In this document: one piece after another, positions 51,341-64,000 of the stretch
Position numbering within the stretch: the first letter of the stretch is position 1
Layout: each line of letters starts with the position of its first letter
Assembly: GCA_030141605.1 (NCBI GenBank)
Contig: JAQGDQ010000066.1
Span: 62,001 to 126,000, forward strand
DNA from: Tubiluchus corallicola
Lineage: Eukaryota > Animalia > Priapulida
Direction: 5' to 3'
Length of the DNA stretch: 64,000 bases
The notes under the pieces: model-generated
The model's database searches: none
What the model saw: the letters and a program-made list of their open reading frames with translations, nothing else
Told to the model about the DNA's origin: nothing
Position numbers and translations under genes: made by a program

Positions 51341-54300
51341 ACTGTGAAAATTAGATCTGCTGAATAATATTTCAAGCTCCCACGAACACTGTCGTTTATA
51401 GAACACATTTATTATAATGGAAATTGCCGCATTACTTTTCAATTTTGTTTTAGAATTATACCTGATTGCAATTAAAAACAAAATTTACATTTTTCATATT
51501 TATGAGAAAACAGAAAAACACAAAAAAGTTAAATTTTGAAGTTAGGAGTCTGGTCAGTCTCGTATCTCAGATTTTCATTTTCAAGTTGGCTATTATGTAT
51601 TAGCCTTCAATTTTTCATTTTTCATTAGAAAAATTAATCTTGTTTACTTAGATGTTTAGATAATTAATTGCCTAAAAGTAGTTCCTGCTTGTGAATGACC
51701 AATGATGTTTAGATTGGTGTATAATTGTGTATTTGCATTTTAATATACTGTTAGGATTACTTGGCACATTTAGTCAAGAGAGAATTGCGTAAAAGCATTC
51801 ACTCATTCATATTCCGCAGCCTCTCCTTCAATATTTTGCATTTAGAACAACGATGGCTTTTTTCAAATAAAACAAGGAATTTTGTACAGGTCTACCTTCT
51901 AAACCTTATAAAACAAACAGCAAAATATTTCATGCCTACATTTCACAAATATAATAGACTCAGATTGTCATATGCTACAGAACCTTAACTGTTGTCGTTA
52001 TTTCAATAAATTAAACAATCTAATTTGAAAATTTCATTGTATTACATACTAAATGGTAATAATATTAAAAACCAGATCAGTTTCCAAATCAATTTATATC
52101 AAAAATGAAGAACATCAGTTTGAATTAGTCTCATTTCTGCAACCACATGCATTTATTTATTACATAATTAAACACTTTCTGATGTGGTACCAACTGTTAT
52201 GTTAAATAAGTTTCTTTCCTTTCTGGAACAACCAGTTACTCATACATGTGAGAAGTAAAATATAACAGTAATAACATAGAATTGTAAGCTACTTTGTAAG
52301 TCTACTACACAGCTTCATTCACAAATAGATCTTTGGAAAAATGTTTAACGTAAAGTATGTAAAAACTGGTTGTGCATGTGAACAGTATTTTAGTTTTCTG
52401 TACTAGGATTTTATCTGTATCAGAAATTTGTCTTTAGCAGCTTATTTCAAAAATGAAAATTATAAATTTTAGTCAAATTATGGAGTTTTTTCGTCTGCTT
52501 TTCTTTAACTATAAGCTAGTGAAAATATTTACTCATTTAAGAAAACTGATTATTAGCTGAATATAGTTTGTCACAAACATATAATCAGTCCTTAGAAACA
52601 ATAAGTAAGTAACAGTTATAGATGTATATTAACATACGTTTAAAATTGTAATTACAGATAAACTTATTTCAGAAACATTAGAATGTCTGCAAAACCAGTG
52701 TTAAAACCATTACACCTATAAACACAAAGTACGTTGGCAAGTCTCTTGTTGCCCCGTATGTGCAGAAGCAAACACCTTGGTTCAAATTTCACAAAAATGT
52801 TAAAATGTTGTCCTCGAATAACATATATTTTTGTGACACTCAGAGTCTTGCAGATTATCTGTGTCTCTGTCATCAGTAATAGCACACACATTGTGAAGTT
52901 TCTTTGAATTTCATTAGTATCAGAAGGACAACCACAAAAATTAATTGACAATGTAAATTAATAAAATTGTTGCAGTGGCAACTCTGATTACTTCCATTTA
53001 CTGCAGTGGCAGCCGTTCCTATGGTAGATGATGCTTTTGCTCTGTTACTTTGACAAAAAAGACACTGAATGTTCTGTGAACTTGTTCTGTTGAAATTGAA
53101 AATTAAATTAATGCATTTATTAGAACACAATAAGTTTTTATAAGCTTGCATACACATGATAATGCATCTTCACTTGCCAACACATTGTGCAGCAAGTAAC
53201 TAGTAAAGACGTTTAGATGTGAGATTGTAGATTAAAAGGTTGTTCACATTTTAAATAACAAATATGTGCTTCTGATGTGCAATTTTTTTTTACAAAGTTA
53301 GTACAAGTTTCACATCTGCTCCCGATATATAACGTACAGTACACGTTAGAGTGACATTAATTCTTGATTTTTGGGAAAATACGGTCAGTTTTGTTGTCAT
53401 CTTCCCAGATTTGTAAGAAAAGATTTTTTACTGTAACAGTAATACTTTGCAGTCAACCAGGAATCTGAGAACAAGAAGAATGTTGCTGTGGACAAAACAT
53501 GTTGAAAAGATAGCCACCTTGTTAGTTCAGTAAATTCTCCTAGGGCCATGTAAACCACATTTCAGTTCAGTTACCGAGTTTTAGCAGCAGAACTAATTGT
53601 TTCATTAAATTAAACTAATAATTTTATACTTCACGCATATGTCACGTGGCTCATGTTAATGGCTAACAATGAAAAAATAAAACTCATCCGTTGTTGATAG
53701 CCAACTGGGCATTTAAAAAGTGATAAGATAAAAAACATCAATTTGCATTTCACAAAATGGTAAAAGCAATTAACAATTTTATTATTTTCAAATAAGGTTA
53801 ATACTCAAGTTGTTGAATAACTTACAGACACCAAATTCTGTTACTATTATAATTTTTACTTGAGCATTATTCCTAACGTTGACACATGTTACATGTGATA
53901 GATATGCATTATATGAAAAAGTGTAAATATACGTACCCATATTATGTGACAGTTAGGTACATTGTGCATTATTGAGACATGGGAAAAAATGCAAAAGATC
54001 AGTCACTTGTGTTAAAAAATTAGTAAAAAGTAACCAGCAAGAATGTGAAAGTTTGTAAAGACATTGTAGAGACTTATCTATGAACTGTTGTTACCAGTTG
54101 GATTTTTGTGATTTAACAAAGAAAAAGAAATTCAATTCAGATGAGTTTGTAGACAAAACAGTTTGCAGATGAACAGTTTTATCAGATGTCAAACACAGAT
54201 GATAACCAAGTTCGTGAACAAAATACAGAGTCACAGACATTGGATGCAGCATTGATTATAGTTCCACCTACACGAACACAGTTCATGCAGATTTGATACA

Positions 54301-55753
54301 AAGTTTATGTTACAAGCTACAAAGTGTAAGTATTATAATCATACCGTACATTATTTTACTGACGATAATATATACGTTCACATGTAATATTATGCATTTG
54401 TATACCCATCCATTTACAATGTGCATACACTTTTGTAGGAAGTTTGATAGCTCTTTAATCATTTCCACCAAATTATATTTCTAAATCCTGTGCAGAACTG
54501 ATGGCATCCATGAATTTCAGCTAAACATTACAAAGTTTAATAGCAAATTAAGAAAAATGCAAAAATGTATGTACAGTACATGTAAGCTAGTAAAAGAGAT
54601 AGTGCATAATATTGCAGTTTACATTTGCATGTTTCTAGAAGTAATTACGTCCACTGATTTTGCACTAAATTAAACAACAATTATCAATCTACAGTATTAT
54701 CAATCCAAAAGTTTATGATATAACACTGACATATAACTTGAACACGTCTCCATTATGATTTATTATGGTTAATTTACCAATCATCATTATTTATTCCACA
54801 ATTTATTTCGCTTATAAATTATTTCGCAATTGCAAAAGCCTCCGACTGTATTGAATGCTGGTGCATTCATTAGCATAACTTAACAACAATATTAGCTATA
54901 CTTTCAAACAAGTAAAAGAATTTGTTTCCATCATCTTCTTAACTACAAAATATTCTACAATAAATGACTTTATTAGTCTGGACGTAATTACTTTACTCTT
55001 GCTGAATGTATAACATTATTATGATATAAAATTTGAAACCGCAACTTATTTGTCACCTAGAAACACAGATCTACAATTTTTCACATGTATCAGAACATGG
55101 TTTTGTTATCAAGATACTGTGCACATTGTAACTAACACTGAATCTATGTTTGCTCAGTCTTTTCAATTTTTATTTGACACATAATGCAATTTGTGAATAT
55201 CTAGTTACACAGTTGATTAATACATCAAGAAAATTAATGGTTGTGCCATTCGTTAGTTTTGAAGCAGCCCATTTTAACGTGTCAATGAACAAAGACAATG
55301 AATGATTAAAATTACTTGTGTGTTTCATCTAATACTTATTATAAAGTTGCTCACATGGCTACAAAATGACCAGATAGTACAAGCAACACTCTGTATGTAA
55401 ACATATATGAATCCACTTAGTCCTGTTTAATGGGTATGTAATCGCTTTTGCGAATACTCGAAACTTGTCTGCTAGTAAAATCATGGCATGACATTATATA
55501 TGGCAGCCTTAGGCAAAAACTAAGCAACATTCTAGAAAGTTTTGTGACAGTTGTGCAGGTAAGACTTGAGCGAGGAACTGAATTTCCTGTGCTGCTGTGA
55601 GTTGAGTTTACATTATATTAGGATCTGCGTTTGCTTATTGGTTAGTTTTTCTCAAGTTATTATGTTTTTTTAGGACGAAGTACCTTTTGTGTGGCGGTAC
55701 ATAAACTGCACTTCCACACTAAGCTTAACCACATGTAAAGTGGCACGGCAACT

Positions 55754-58700
55754 ATGGCTACACTCATCGAACTTTGCTCTGGTCTACCGATAGATCCTCT
55801 TCCACTTGCAAAAGCTCGGAATTATACCATTCCTCATGCGCCAGTTCGGATTTCTCGCCTTTCCTTTGATGAAGAAAAGGTAAGAATGTAATTTTCGCCT
55901 GTTAATGATTCACGATATTGCAGAAAATAATGTTGATGTAAGCCTGTTCTCTGCAGGTATTTTTATAGCACTATACTCTGCAAAGAATAAACGGGTTATA
56001 TTGAATAGATTTCATTTTATTTTACCAGACTACTGCTCTAGAATCAAAGTTCTAAGGTGTCGATACATCAACAATGAGAATCGATGTCTTTGCTTTTATA
56101 TTATTGTAATTTTGCAATAACTTGATTACTGATATGTTTGGCATTTTCAGCAAGCACTGGGGAATGCATTGAGATATTTTCCAGCAGAGAAACACAGTGT
56201 ATTAGCTGCAGAATTTGCGTTGGAGTTGAGACAGTATGGCCATATCTACATGTATCGATTCATACCTGATATAGAGATGAAGTATGCTTTTGCTAAAGAT
56301 TCTTATAGCTGTAGTATGAACAGTTATGATGATGGTGGTGGTGCTGGTGCTGGTGGTGGTGATGATTAGTATTATTGTTCTTGTCTAATTACATAAAATA
56401 TACATTATTCTTCTTAAACTTGGCTTTGTTAATCTTTTTGTATTGTTTAAAGAGCCTATCCTTTGGATTGCTACCCGGCCAAAACAGTAGAGGGAGCTGC
56501 CATCATGCACATGATTATGAATAACCTGGATCACCGTGTTGCTCAGTTTCCTCATGAGTTAGTAACTTATGGTGGAAATGGTCAAGTGTTTTCAAACTGG
56601 GCTCAGGTATAAACATTTTCATAATATTTTTTGCTGCTTTTGCTAGTATAGAACAGTAGGGTATCTGACATAGTTGCTTCTAATAGAGCTATGTAAATGT
56701 GGTTATAAATAGTATTTTTTACCAGTTATTACAGTTGTTTGCACATGTTTTTTTCCAGTTTTGGACTGTAATGCACTATTTATCACTGATGACTTCAGAG
56801 CAGACTCTCTCACTTTATTCAGGCCATCCACTTGGCTTATTTCCTGCTAAGCCTTCAGCACCAAGGCTTGTCATAACAAATGGAATGGTAATTTTGAGAA
56901 CTTATGTTCCTGTTTAGAAAAATGTGCAGACGGGTTGTATATTATGCACATAATAAATTGTGCATTTGTGATAACAGTCAGCAATGGTTTATTATAACTG
57001 GTCGAACATTTGTCTAGGTTTGAATTTGGCAGTGATTCATTTTAAAAAAAAGTTATAACCTGTACACTAAGGACTAGGCTAGTGCTGTTTGTGTTTGATA
57101 AGTGAAGATTGGTTCTTGAGAAAATTCTAAAAATATGATTTGAAGAATTAGTACACATGTTGATGATTCACATTTTTGTTTTAAGGTTGTTCCAAATTAT
57201 TCCTCACGGGAGAAATACGACCAAATGTTTGCTCTTGGAGTTACTATGTAAGTTACTTATGTTTGCTATGAATTGCAGAATCGAAATGTAAAACCTTGCC
57301 GAATTTTCTGGGGGCCTATAGCCTATAAATGCATATTAGCCCCCGCCATAGTTTTAAGTCCAGTATGTTTACTATATTAACCTATCACAATTTTTTTGCT
57401 GTAGGAGTTAGTTCTAAATTTTGCTCGATTATAATTAATGTGCGTTTCATGGCTAAGTTAGACTATAAGATTCCATATAGTGCACGTACATATTGGAATA
57501 TAAAGACATTAATTGTGCCTTTTTTGTTGAGGTATGGACAAATGACGGCTGGCAGCTACTGTTATATAGGGCCCCAAGGGATTGTGCATGGAACAACGGT
57601 AATTATGTTTTTGTTGTTTTGCTAATGCTGCTTTTTGCCGTGCTAATATATTAGATACATTGTCAGAGTTTATTGATTTGGACGAAGATATTTTTGGTTC
57701 TATAGTGGAACTGTTTCTTAGTGACACAGTTTGAATGTTTATTGGATGTTACATATCAAAGAATTCTTGAGTGAAATATCAAGTATGTTAATGCATAAAT
57801 AATAGGATACTTTATTATTACTTTCAGATAACGCTGAAGAATGCTGGCAGAAAATATTTAGATTTGAATAGCCTTGCTGGAAAGGTAGTTATAATTGGAA
57901 AGTTTTGTATTTCTATTTAGTGATAGAATAAGTTCATCCTTTGCATCTGTCGTAGGGTGGTTTCTCGGCAATATACATGTTTTACTCTAAAATATTTGCT
58001 GCACTTGTTGATTAGCCATTTTAGACTAAACAGATGTAAAATAAGTGCAAAAGAAGTGTTGTAAAACAAGCATTTTCAAGACTGTTACGTATTAAAATAA
58101 TTATCAATAATGCAGCTGTAGGCCAATATTCCAGTTCTTTCCCAGTTTTTATGAGATAACAAGACGCCTACCTAAGTTACAACTTTCTTATGTAGTGAAA
58201 GTAGAAAGGCGAGTTTTGACAGTTGTCAGCACAGTGGTGCTTATCTCTTTGAAGGCATCTTTTTGAACATTTAACTAAAAAAACCTTGTCAGTTGGATGT
58301 AGAAAAAGTTTAGAACAATTTCATTGTCAATCAAGCATAGCAGTAAGAAAAACTAAAAACAAAGTTCATATGACATTATCTGTGTCTCTAGGTTTTTATT
58401 ACATCAGGCCTTGGCGGTATGAGTGGTGCACAAGCAAAAGCTGCTGTGATTTGTGGTTGTATTGGAGTTATAGCAGAGGTTTGTAAAATGTTAATATTGT
58501 GTATAAATGTAAATATAATATGTAAGATTGTAAGCAAAGCACAAGTCTTTGGTAGTCTTTACTGCAACATTTGACACAATTTTAGCCATTGCCGGAATTC
58601 GTCATACGAATATACATCTCTTTTTTTGAAAATCTTTCAGGGCAACTATAGTATTTAATGACTTCATAGCTGCCTCTAAGGACTGTTTATAACTATATAC

Positions 58701-61700
58701 TTGCACAGTATTGAGAATTGTTCACAAAGCAACATCGTTTTATTTTTATTTGACAAAGGTCTAGCATTATATCTGTTGAACTATTTCTTAGGTATGCCAA
58801 GAGGCAATTGTGAAGCGACATCGTCAGGGTTGGCTGAGTGAGATTACTAGTGACCTAGATTTCTGCGTTACCCGAATTCGCAGTGCACGCTCTGAGGGCA
58901 GGGGAATTAGCATTGGATACCATGGCAATGTGGTGGATTTATGGTAATAAAGTTCAAAATTTTGTATTGCTTAACGATAAAAGCAAACATGGAATTCTTT
59001 GCATGCAAATTTGCTGAAGTTAGAAGCTACATTTGCATTATGCTGTTACAGAAATTGCTAAGAAAATATCAAAACATTTCAAAATGAAAACCTGTACTCG
59101 CAGTTATCTAACTTCTTGAGCTTTTTCTGTCTTCGACCATTCAACCTTGCATGGAGTATTGCAGTCACATCTTGTTATCTTAACACACTTGACATTGCAG
59201 AATGATATTGTCAATCTGATTGGGCCAGGTATGGATTTTTGTTCATCGAAGATCAGACATTGTTGCATTAAACCATTTTTATAACTGCTTCTATGGAAGA
59301 TGTAACGGGATTCTATAAAAACCTCTCCTCACTCAGTCCTTAAATGCAGACAGTTAGTTCATAGTGTTTACTTTCCTGCTGCTTCTCGTAGGCCTTACCT
59401 TGGACATTTCTAGAATAATTGTACATTTCTAAAACACCTACAATGGTAATCCTAGAATATAGTAGACATTTGTAGTTTAAATGCTTCAGCTTTTCTCTGC
59501 TCTTATCTCAGGAATTCTTTACCAGAAAATTGAATTTTTGTTTCCCTATAAATGACAACCTGTGTCACTCAGTCCAAGAAGAACATCAACAAGTGGGCTC
59601 ACCTATCATGTTAGTTTGATAAACTTTATTTCTCTTGTTACATATTCAGATCTGCACTTTCTTATTGCAGCCCCTTATCCAGAGTGACATTTGGCCTTCT
59701 TTGGAGTGACTTGTTTAAAAAATGCAGACAAAATTATTAAGAATAGCTGCATAATGTGTATGAAGAAGCAGCACTGCAATTTGTGAAAAGGTTAAATATA
59801 TGTCAACTCACGTTAGAATCGTTTTGATTATTTCATCTTCCTTTGTTAAAAAGCTGTGGATTTGACATACATCTGTAAAATCTAAGAGATCTGTGAAATT
59901 TACTCAATGGTTCTTATGTTACTTTTAACTGCAGACACTGTAGTATTGGTATATGATATTTACTGCATTGTAAGGACGAATGAATTTTTAACTTTCAGGG
60001 AAAGGCTAGTATTAGAATATAAAAACACTGGTGAAGTGTTAGCCGACCTTGGTTCAGACCAGACGTCATTGCACAATCCTTTCAATGGGGGTTACTATCC
60101 CGTTCAACTAAGTTTTGATGAAGCTCAAATGTTGATGAAGGATAACCCAACAGAATTCAAACGCCTTGTGCAGCAAAGGTGCGTGTTTTGTTTTCAATTA
60201 AATTTGAAGATGCCTATAATAAAGCACGTTTATGTAATATAGTAGTTGAAATATGAAGTTTTTTCTTATTTCTTCTCCTGGAACTTTCGTATATTTCTGT
60301 TAGCTACATACAATTGTAAACTCTGGGTGCTGTGAATTGCATGAACCAAAGAGCAATCGGTAGAGCAATCTTAATTCAATTAAGTTATTTTAGTCCTTAT
60401 ATTAGGAACCCTTGTCTAAAACCAAAGTACAGTGGTTTATTTTTTTACTGTTTGCTCGTAAAGGTGGGAGAGCTGGATTGGCACTTAAATTTTGCCCCAA
60501 ATTCGGAAACCTACTTAAACTTCGTTCTCAAACCCAAAAATTACTGCTGCTTTCTATCTTGTTATAATGTGTACCTGAACAGAAACCAAGAAGAGGTCTT
60601 AAAATATGCTCATAAGAGATAATTTTTATCAGCAAGTTGCTTTAGTAAAGTATAGATATGTAGGCCTTTTGCATTAAGTGCAGCTTGACTAGCTACATTT
60701 AGTAATATAAATTAGTTCATTATACAAGGATAGAAATGTACAGACTAGATTTTACATTGTAATTAAATGCTTATGGCGTCACATGATACAAAAGGGAAGC
60801 ACACCTTTATAATGAGACTGTAGGATATCCATGATAAGGAGCCTCTGGGAGATAACCTAGAATTGGGTAAGCCGCCATGTTTACTCAACTCAATACCGAT
60901 TGTCCAAAAAATATAAAGACATGGTAAGAAACCTATGTGGAATGAATAGTTAGATGGTGTATTGAGATGTAATTACGCAGCATGCCAAATAATGCAGCTT
61001 AAACGACTATGCATTCATAAGAACGGTTGTATGTTCATTCACCAACGTGTTTGCTAGGGCAGATCCAAGCTACAGGATTATCATACAAATAGACACCACG
61101 CCTCAAGGCACACAATACTGATACATTTCTGGGCAGTCCGAGCACCCTACGTAACACTGCCAGGATCCATGTTTAGTGTTTGTAACTCTTGAAATTAGAA
61201 TAGTTATGGTTTTGTTGCATAAAGTGAAGAAACTATCTTTATCGTGTATTTACAACATTATCGTGTATCATGCAAATATGACCGGCATAAAATCAAGTTT
61301 ACAATAAATTTTACATTTTTGTGCTGTACACAGCTGCATAAAAATTTTATTGTTTTTGTAAAAACAGTTTTTGTTACTGTTCCCACATGCAACATATGTT
61401 ATTAAAGAATACAGCAGAATAGTGTTGACTTACCGTAATTCTGTGATTCTTACATTGCTGGAAAGTTTAACTATTTGGCTGACAGTTCGTGTTTTAGTGA
61501 AAACCACAAATTTTTAGATTTAATTCATGCATGTGCAAGAGAGAGATTGCATACCTTGTGCAAATTATGTTGCAGACAGTGTGATTCTGTGTTCAGCTAT
61601 TAGGCAAAAGAAGCCCTTGAGCGACACACTTGAAGTACTGATCGTTGTGCAGATTCTCTCTCTCTTGTACTCATGCAATATGTAAATCTGTGATGAAAAT

Positions 61701-63347
61701 TAGCTTAACTAATAATAATTGTGTTTTACTTTTAGTCTTATTCGCCAGGTGGCAGCAGTAAATCAGTTGGCTGATGCTGGCATGCATTTCTGGGACTATG
61801 GCAATGCTTTTTTGCTGGAGGCAAGCAGAGCAGGTTTGTCAACTTATACTTTGGAAAACCAGTCACCTGTTATCCTCCAGGGCTGAAGAGCAGTAAATGA
61901 TGGGGATTTTTAAGGGAAATTTTGGGGGGCAACAAAATTCTACTTGCCTTGGAGCATATAAACAGCTTGTTGAAAAGCAAAAAATAATGATGAGAAATTG
62001 GGCATATCATGCTGTTGAGCTTGTTGTATTGCAATACGTGTGGCTTGCAAACCAAAGCCGTCCATACTAACGTAGTTTTAACTATGCCGACTTATGAATG
62101 CTTATGGACTACTTCAAAGTAGAATGCATCAACATTTGGTCTAATGTTAATTTTTTTTGTTCTTTATAAAACCAAATGCTAAATATATTGGACTTTTATA
62201 TTCTAGCATCAAATAATCAAGAAAATGTCCAAAAATATTAAAAATTTTATTTTTTAACCGCGTGCCAATTTCTCTGCCTAGAAACTAGTACTGCAATTGC
62301 AAAAAACTTGTATTTTCAATCTCTGATAGTAGCTCGTGGAAGCAGTCATATTGTTTTGGGTTTTTTTGTTGACAAGTGCAAATCTTCATCAGGAAAAGCC
62401 ATCTACTGGATTTCAGCATAACTTCATTGTGTTCTTGCAAAGTCCATAACAACCGCACTTTTGTACGGTTGCTAAGTGTTTTGTAAAGACGTGACAAATA
62501 AACAATGACCGACTTTTACAGCAATTTTCTCAAGATTATGTTTTTCACTGCATAGCCTGCATGTCAACTTTAACGTGGATTATCTCAGCTTAGAAATAAC
62601 ATACGGCGATGAACTTGGTATCAAAATGATCCTCATGAAATAGAGATTCAGGGTATTTGAATAACTAGAAAACTAAATTGCTGACTTGTGGACGATTTTG
62701 TCATGCAAGCCACACATGTACTGCAAAATGACTTTCAGTTATTGATCATTTTTTTGTTTTTATTGTGCTGTTGTGCGAACTTATAAATATTCCCATTAAG
62801 TGCAAAACTTGATGACCCAGAACAAAATCAACTGAAGTTAATCTTCTATTGCCTATAACTGTTGCAATATAAGCAAGTATGGGCAATAATAGTACTCTAC
62901 TCATTGTTGAACTTCGATGGATATACTTTATTGCTCGTGCGACCTAATATACATTATTTGATCTGGTACTGCACAAGTATAAGTTTCAGTTAGGCAAAAC
63001 AGTGCTTTATACTGGTACCTATAAATTGCATGTTATGTCAGGCAGACTTTATGACCTGAAACAAAGCATGAAGATTGGGTGCAACATTGTAACCAAATTT
63101 CCAGTCAATAAGATAGTATTAATTTCTAGAGTCTTTGTGAAAAGTAGCTTGTAAAAGTAATGAGTTACTTTTTTCAGAAGACTACTAATTTTAACTAGTT
63201 ACTTTTGAAAAGTAACTTACGACACCAAACAGACACATTCTGTTAACGTATTTTCATTGAAGTTTAGACTGCAACACCTTTCATTAAAAAAAATAATGTT
63301 GTGTTTTACTTTCAAACCGTCTGCATCTACTTGTTATTTCATTCTAG

Positions 63348-63439
<92 letters not shown>

Positions 63440-63866
63440 CATTATTATTATTATTATTATTATTATAGCGCATTGTCTATAATTTGCTTGAGATGTTCCG
63501 AAGTTTCATGAGAAAAACCGAACAAAGTGTTCTGGACGGGAAATGCAACTTTGAGGCTCGATTTCATTAGGAAGGAAGCGATGAAATTTAATAAAATTAA
63601 TGTCAAATTTTAAGTTACAGTTAACTCTTTTAATTAAAGAAGATTTGTTTTTATTTTAAATTTATCTTTAATGAATGATGAGTTGGTATATTGGCAAAAG
63701 CAATTTCGTAAATATTAAGAAAAAGTGTCTAGTGATCGTTGTTGTTGTGTGTGACAGGTGCAGACGTAATGAGAAGGAATGGCTCGTCTGATTCGAAGTT
63801 TCGCTATCCTTCATATGTGCAGGATATCATGGGAGACGTGTTTTCACTTGGTTTTGGTCCATTTCG
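55754..63866 (+). CDS. UROC1: Urocanate hydratase (urocanase), 5' partial, continues past the right edge
   Basis: Exons 55754-55879, 56151-56281, 56453-56606, 56759-56887, 57186-57247, 57532-57598, 57828-57884, 58392-58478, 58792-58943, 59999-60178, 61736-61833, 63758-63866 (about 450 aa, phases consistent). Motifs ELVTYGGNGQVFSNWAQ, YGQMTAGSYCYIGPQGIVHGT, TSGLGGMSGAQ, LGSDQTSLHNP, FWDYGNAF, YPSYVQDIMGD, GFGPFR. Probable 5'UTR intron 55559-55673. Confidence 0.96.
59200..59600 (-). mobile_element. Highly decayed 3' fragment of a CR1/L2-like LINE (tentative)
   Basis: Minus-strand translation EKLKHLNYKCLLYSRI...LEMYNY resembles the CR1 C-terminal motif ERL..L.L..L..RR.R.D.I..YK. Confidence 0.3.
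61529..61676. repeat. Short inverted-repeat element (MITE-like)
   Basis: GCATGTGCAAGAGAGAGATTGCA pairs imperfectly with TGCAGATTCTCTCTCTTGTACTCATGC. Confidence 0.55.
62037..62716. mobile_element. Tc1/mariner-like MITE in a UROC1 intron
   Basis: Imperfect TIRs of about 28 bp, GTGTGGCTTGCAAACCAAAGCCGTCCA / TGGACGATTTTGTCATGCAAGCCACAC; TA on the left flank, TG on the right. Confidence 0.7.
63349..63466. repeat. (TAT)n microsatellite, about 39 units
   Basis: Directly visible; source of the poly-Tyr ORF 63257-63511. Confidence 0.97.
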
Positions 63867-64000
63867 GTAAGTTTATTTTCTGCATAACACTTGTTTTGTT
63901 CTTTTGTAAAGCTTAACATAGTCTTTTGAGAGTGAAAATAAATGCACATGAAAAACTATTTTAAAATACTTTCTCGAAGGGATGCATAACCCCTTTACTT

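Noticed and set aside
52664-54310. Coding-like stretches between hnRNP L and UROC1
   Set aside because: Interrupted by stops, no recognisable domain and no consistent splice chain; possibly decayed transposon or UTR sequence.
63257-63511. Poly-tyrosine ORF
   Set aside because: Translation of a (TAT)n microsatellite in a UROC1 intron.

Overview
AT-rich, intron-rich invertebrate (probably protostome) nuclear DNA. I reconstructed four spliced genes by hand from GT-AG junctions with consistent phases. (1) A complete minus-strand contactin of the invertebrate type (signal peptide, C-type lectin, 6 Ig, 4 FN3, GPI signal; 23 coding exons, 41929->21997, 1245 aa). (2) A divergent tandem contactin paralog downstream (16046->3554, 11 exons, running off the left edge). 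(3) A head-to-head hnRNP L gene with one CDS intron (46523-51340). (4) The 5' part of urocanate hydratase (55754->63866+). Non-coding DNA holds many repeats. The most notable are a composite SINE (5S rRNA head, RTE-like 5'UTR body, RTE-like 3' tail, 15-bp TSD) between the divergent promoters, and a decayed RTE-type LINE that inserted with a 12-bp TSD into one of three clustered tRNA-like units. There are also Tc1/pogo, hAT and PIF-like MITEs, Helentron-associated repeats and microsatellites. Family assignments rest on recalled motifs, not on database searches.
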